From the IMG/VR virus record IMGVR_UViG_3300044723_011986, positions 1 to 54,750 of that record: a stretch of DNA of 54,750 nt, one strand, 5' to 3'. Shown here piece after piece: positions 53,030 to 54,750 of this stretch (the stretch's first letter is position 1; the number at the start of each line of letters is the position of its first letter). Origin of the DNA: a virus (Duplodnaviria; Caudoviricetes). The position numbers were made by a program, and so were the translations under genes. Below the pieces are notes generated by a model. That model made no database searches. It worked only from the letters and a program-made list of their open reading frames with translations, and had not been told where the DNA came from.

Positions 53030-54664
53030 TTAGCGAGAGATAACAACGATAGCGTCATCAGCCTTGAGATCAAACTTGAAGTCGATCTTGGCTTCGTCGC
53101 CAGCGTTGACTACATTTACGTAATCGTAATCAGCAGAAGCACCCTTGCTTAGAAGCTGGCCGTTGACATAAACATCGATTCTCTTTTCTGCGTTAGTAAT
53201 GGTGGTATCAAGGAACGCAATGGTCTTGGCGCCAGCAGCCATATCTGCAGAAAGAATTTCTTGATGCTTGTAGAATGTTGCTGATGTAGCTGCGAGGGAG
53301 TTAATCGCTCCGATGATAGTTTCGCTAGCACCGAATGATCCGGTGAAGGCAGCACGATCACCAGCTTCAGCAAGCATGTAAGCACCATCAGCACCTTCGA
53401 GCTTGATTTCACCTGCAGTCAAGAGCTTAAGATTAGCACCGTCAGCCAACATGTCGTGATCTGAACCGATGTTGAGAGCAGCAAACTCAGGTGAAGCTGA
53501 AGTTCTGATATCCTGAGCTAGGCCGATCTGAGCCTTGAAGCTGTCTTGAACTAGTTCAAGACCGACATTACCTTCGACTGAGACAAACTCATTCCAAGCA
53601 GCTGGTTCAATTGCGCCATCTGTACCAACCTTGTAAGCCTTGCCAGCATCAGCAGAGTGATCAGCAAGCTTAGCACTGTCAGCAGAGAGGTCAGCAAATG
53701 TTACGTTGTCGGTTGTAGCAACAGGCTGACCGATTGCAATTCCACCTGATCCGTCCATGGTGACACCAGTACCTGCAGTGAGTGCGTAGGTGATAACGCC
53801 ACCAGCTTCAGAAACAGCAATGTTTGTACCAGCAAACTGAGCACCAATGTTTCCAACTAGGTCAGCAGCGGTACCGGCAACAATATCACCGTCAGCGCTG
53901 GATGAAAGGAAGAAGGCTCCCTTAACACCGTCGAGACGTGCTGTGGCCATTTTTGCCTTACGGTACTGGGTGCCAGCCTTAAGCTCGAACCACTCGTCAG
54001 ATTCTGACCAAGTGAATGTCGCAAGATCGACACCGGAACCACGGTATATTTCAAGTCCTGCGGTTTGTGCTGTCATTGCTGTACCGTTCTTGTTAACCTG
54101 GATGATGTTGTCTTCGACAAGCAATTCACCTACGTTGACCTGGACAGTATCACCGAGTACAGTTAAGTCACCTGAGACTGTAAGATCACCAGTAACGCTG
54201 GCATCCTGAGCAACAGAAAGGTCACCACGAACAAATGTGTCAGCAGTGCCGCTGTTGTCACCGAGATCAACGCGGCCAGCTACATCAAGTGCGCCGTTAA
54301 GATCAGCGGCACCTGCTACTGCGAGGGTGGAAGCGAATCGAGCAGCGGCGCCGACGTCAAGTTCAGACTGTAGGTCAGCGGCACCTGCTACTGCAAGTGT
54401 TAGATCAATAACAGCACCACCATCAACGTTTAGGTTGCCATCAATGTCAGCTGAGCCTGTTACATTAAGGTTGTCGCGAATTTGGACAGGTTGTGTAAAG
54501 ACACCAGCAGGCTGTGAGTACCACTCACCTCCGTGATGACGCTCAAGTGATCCAACCATACGGTCAAGAACACCCTGTAAAGATTCTTCGTTAACGGCAC
54601 CTGTTGAATCATCAGCTACCAAGGACCCGGTAATTGCATCGAGTCTCATTTGTGTACGAGCCAT
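53030..54664 (-). CDS. Virion fibre/structural protein with beta-helical repeats
   Basis: Ala/Gly/Asp-rich; repeated L.V.G.AD; GDLTVSGDLTVLG; VEDNII..N; VYVNGQLL C-domain. Confidence 0.75.
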   Translation of the reverse strand: MARTQMRLDAITGSLVADDSTGAVNEESLQGVLDRMVGSLERHHGGEWYSQPAGVFTQPVQIRDNLNVTGSADIDGNLNVDGGAVIDLTLAVAGAADLQSELDVGAAARFASTLAVAGAADLNGALDVAGRVDLGDNSGTADTFVRGDLSVAQDASVTGDLTVSGDLTVLGDTVQVNVGELLVEDNIIQVNKNGTAMTAQTAGLEIYRGSGVDLATFTWSESDEWFELKAGTQYRKAKMATARLDGVKGAFFLSSSADGDIVAGTAADLVGNIGAQFAGTNIAVSEAGGVITYALTAGTGVTMDGSGGIAIGQPVATTDNVTFADLSADSAKLADHSADAGKAYKVGTDGAIEPAAWNEFVSVEGNVGLELVQDSFKAQIGLAQDIRTSASPEFAALNIGSDHDMLADGANLKLLTAGEIKLEGADGAYMLAEAGDRAAFTGSFGASETIIGAINSLAATSATFYKHQEILSADMAAGAKTIAFLDTTITNAEKRIDVYVNGQLLSKGASADYDYVNVVNAGDEAKIDFKFDLKADDAIVVISR

Positions 54665-54750
54665 AATTTACTCCTTTGTTTGTTTAATTAATTGGCTTTA
54701 AACTTCTACGTTAACTTTAACAAAGGACATAAACTTAACTCGCTATTAAA

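Noticed and set aside
1-54750. Alternative genetic code (stop-codon reassignment)
   Set aside because: Standard-code ORFs tile the window densely and TAA, TAG and TGA all end conserved genes
1-54750. Bacterial chromosome or eukaryotic giant virus origin
   Set aside because: Host-like genes are isolated among phage-type hypotheticals with lysis and fibre genes; SD sites, sigma-70, tmRNA and DnaE indicate a bacteriophage

Overview
AT-rich, densely coding segment of a large (jumbo/huge) tailed dsDNA bacteriophage, read with the standard bacterial code and Shine-Dalgarno sites. Almost every gene is on the minus strand; the one clear exception is 43298-44821. It carries replication/repair genes (DnaE, DinG-like helicase, 5'-3' exonuclease, Fpg/Nei, DenV-like glycosylase), many nucleotide and nucleotide-sugar enzymes, chaperones (GroEL, Hsp20, J-domain-like protein), TilS, a complete tmRNA, lysis-type genes and many probable head-packaged proteins sharing an N-terminal signal. 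Most notable: (1) the DinG-like helicase is fractured by a naturally split intein with a free-standing endonuclease gene between the halves; (2) the sigma-70 gene stops before region 4.2, the next gene encodes a divergent region-4.2-like helix-turn-helix, and eight promoters share a non-canonical GTGYA(A/C/T)-N17-TA(T/A)A(A/T)T architecture; (3) an NMP kinase fused to a thymidylate-synthase-like domain with the dCMP-type Asp, a ThyX with Cys at the conserved Ser, two NDP-sugar epimerases and other enzymes suggest an uncharacterised base-modification pathway; (4) RNA-level controls, including a ROSE-like thermometer on hsp20, RBS-occluding hairpins and leaderless-looking starts. All family assignments are by motif recognition by eye; no database search was run.
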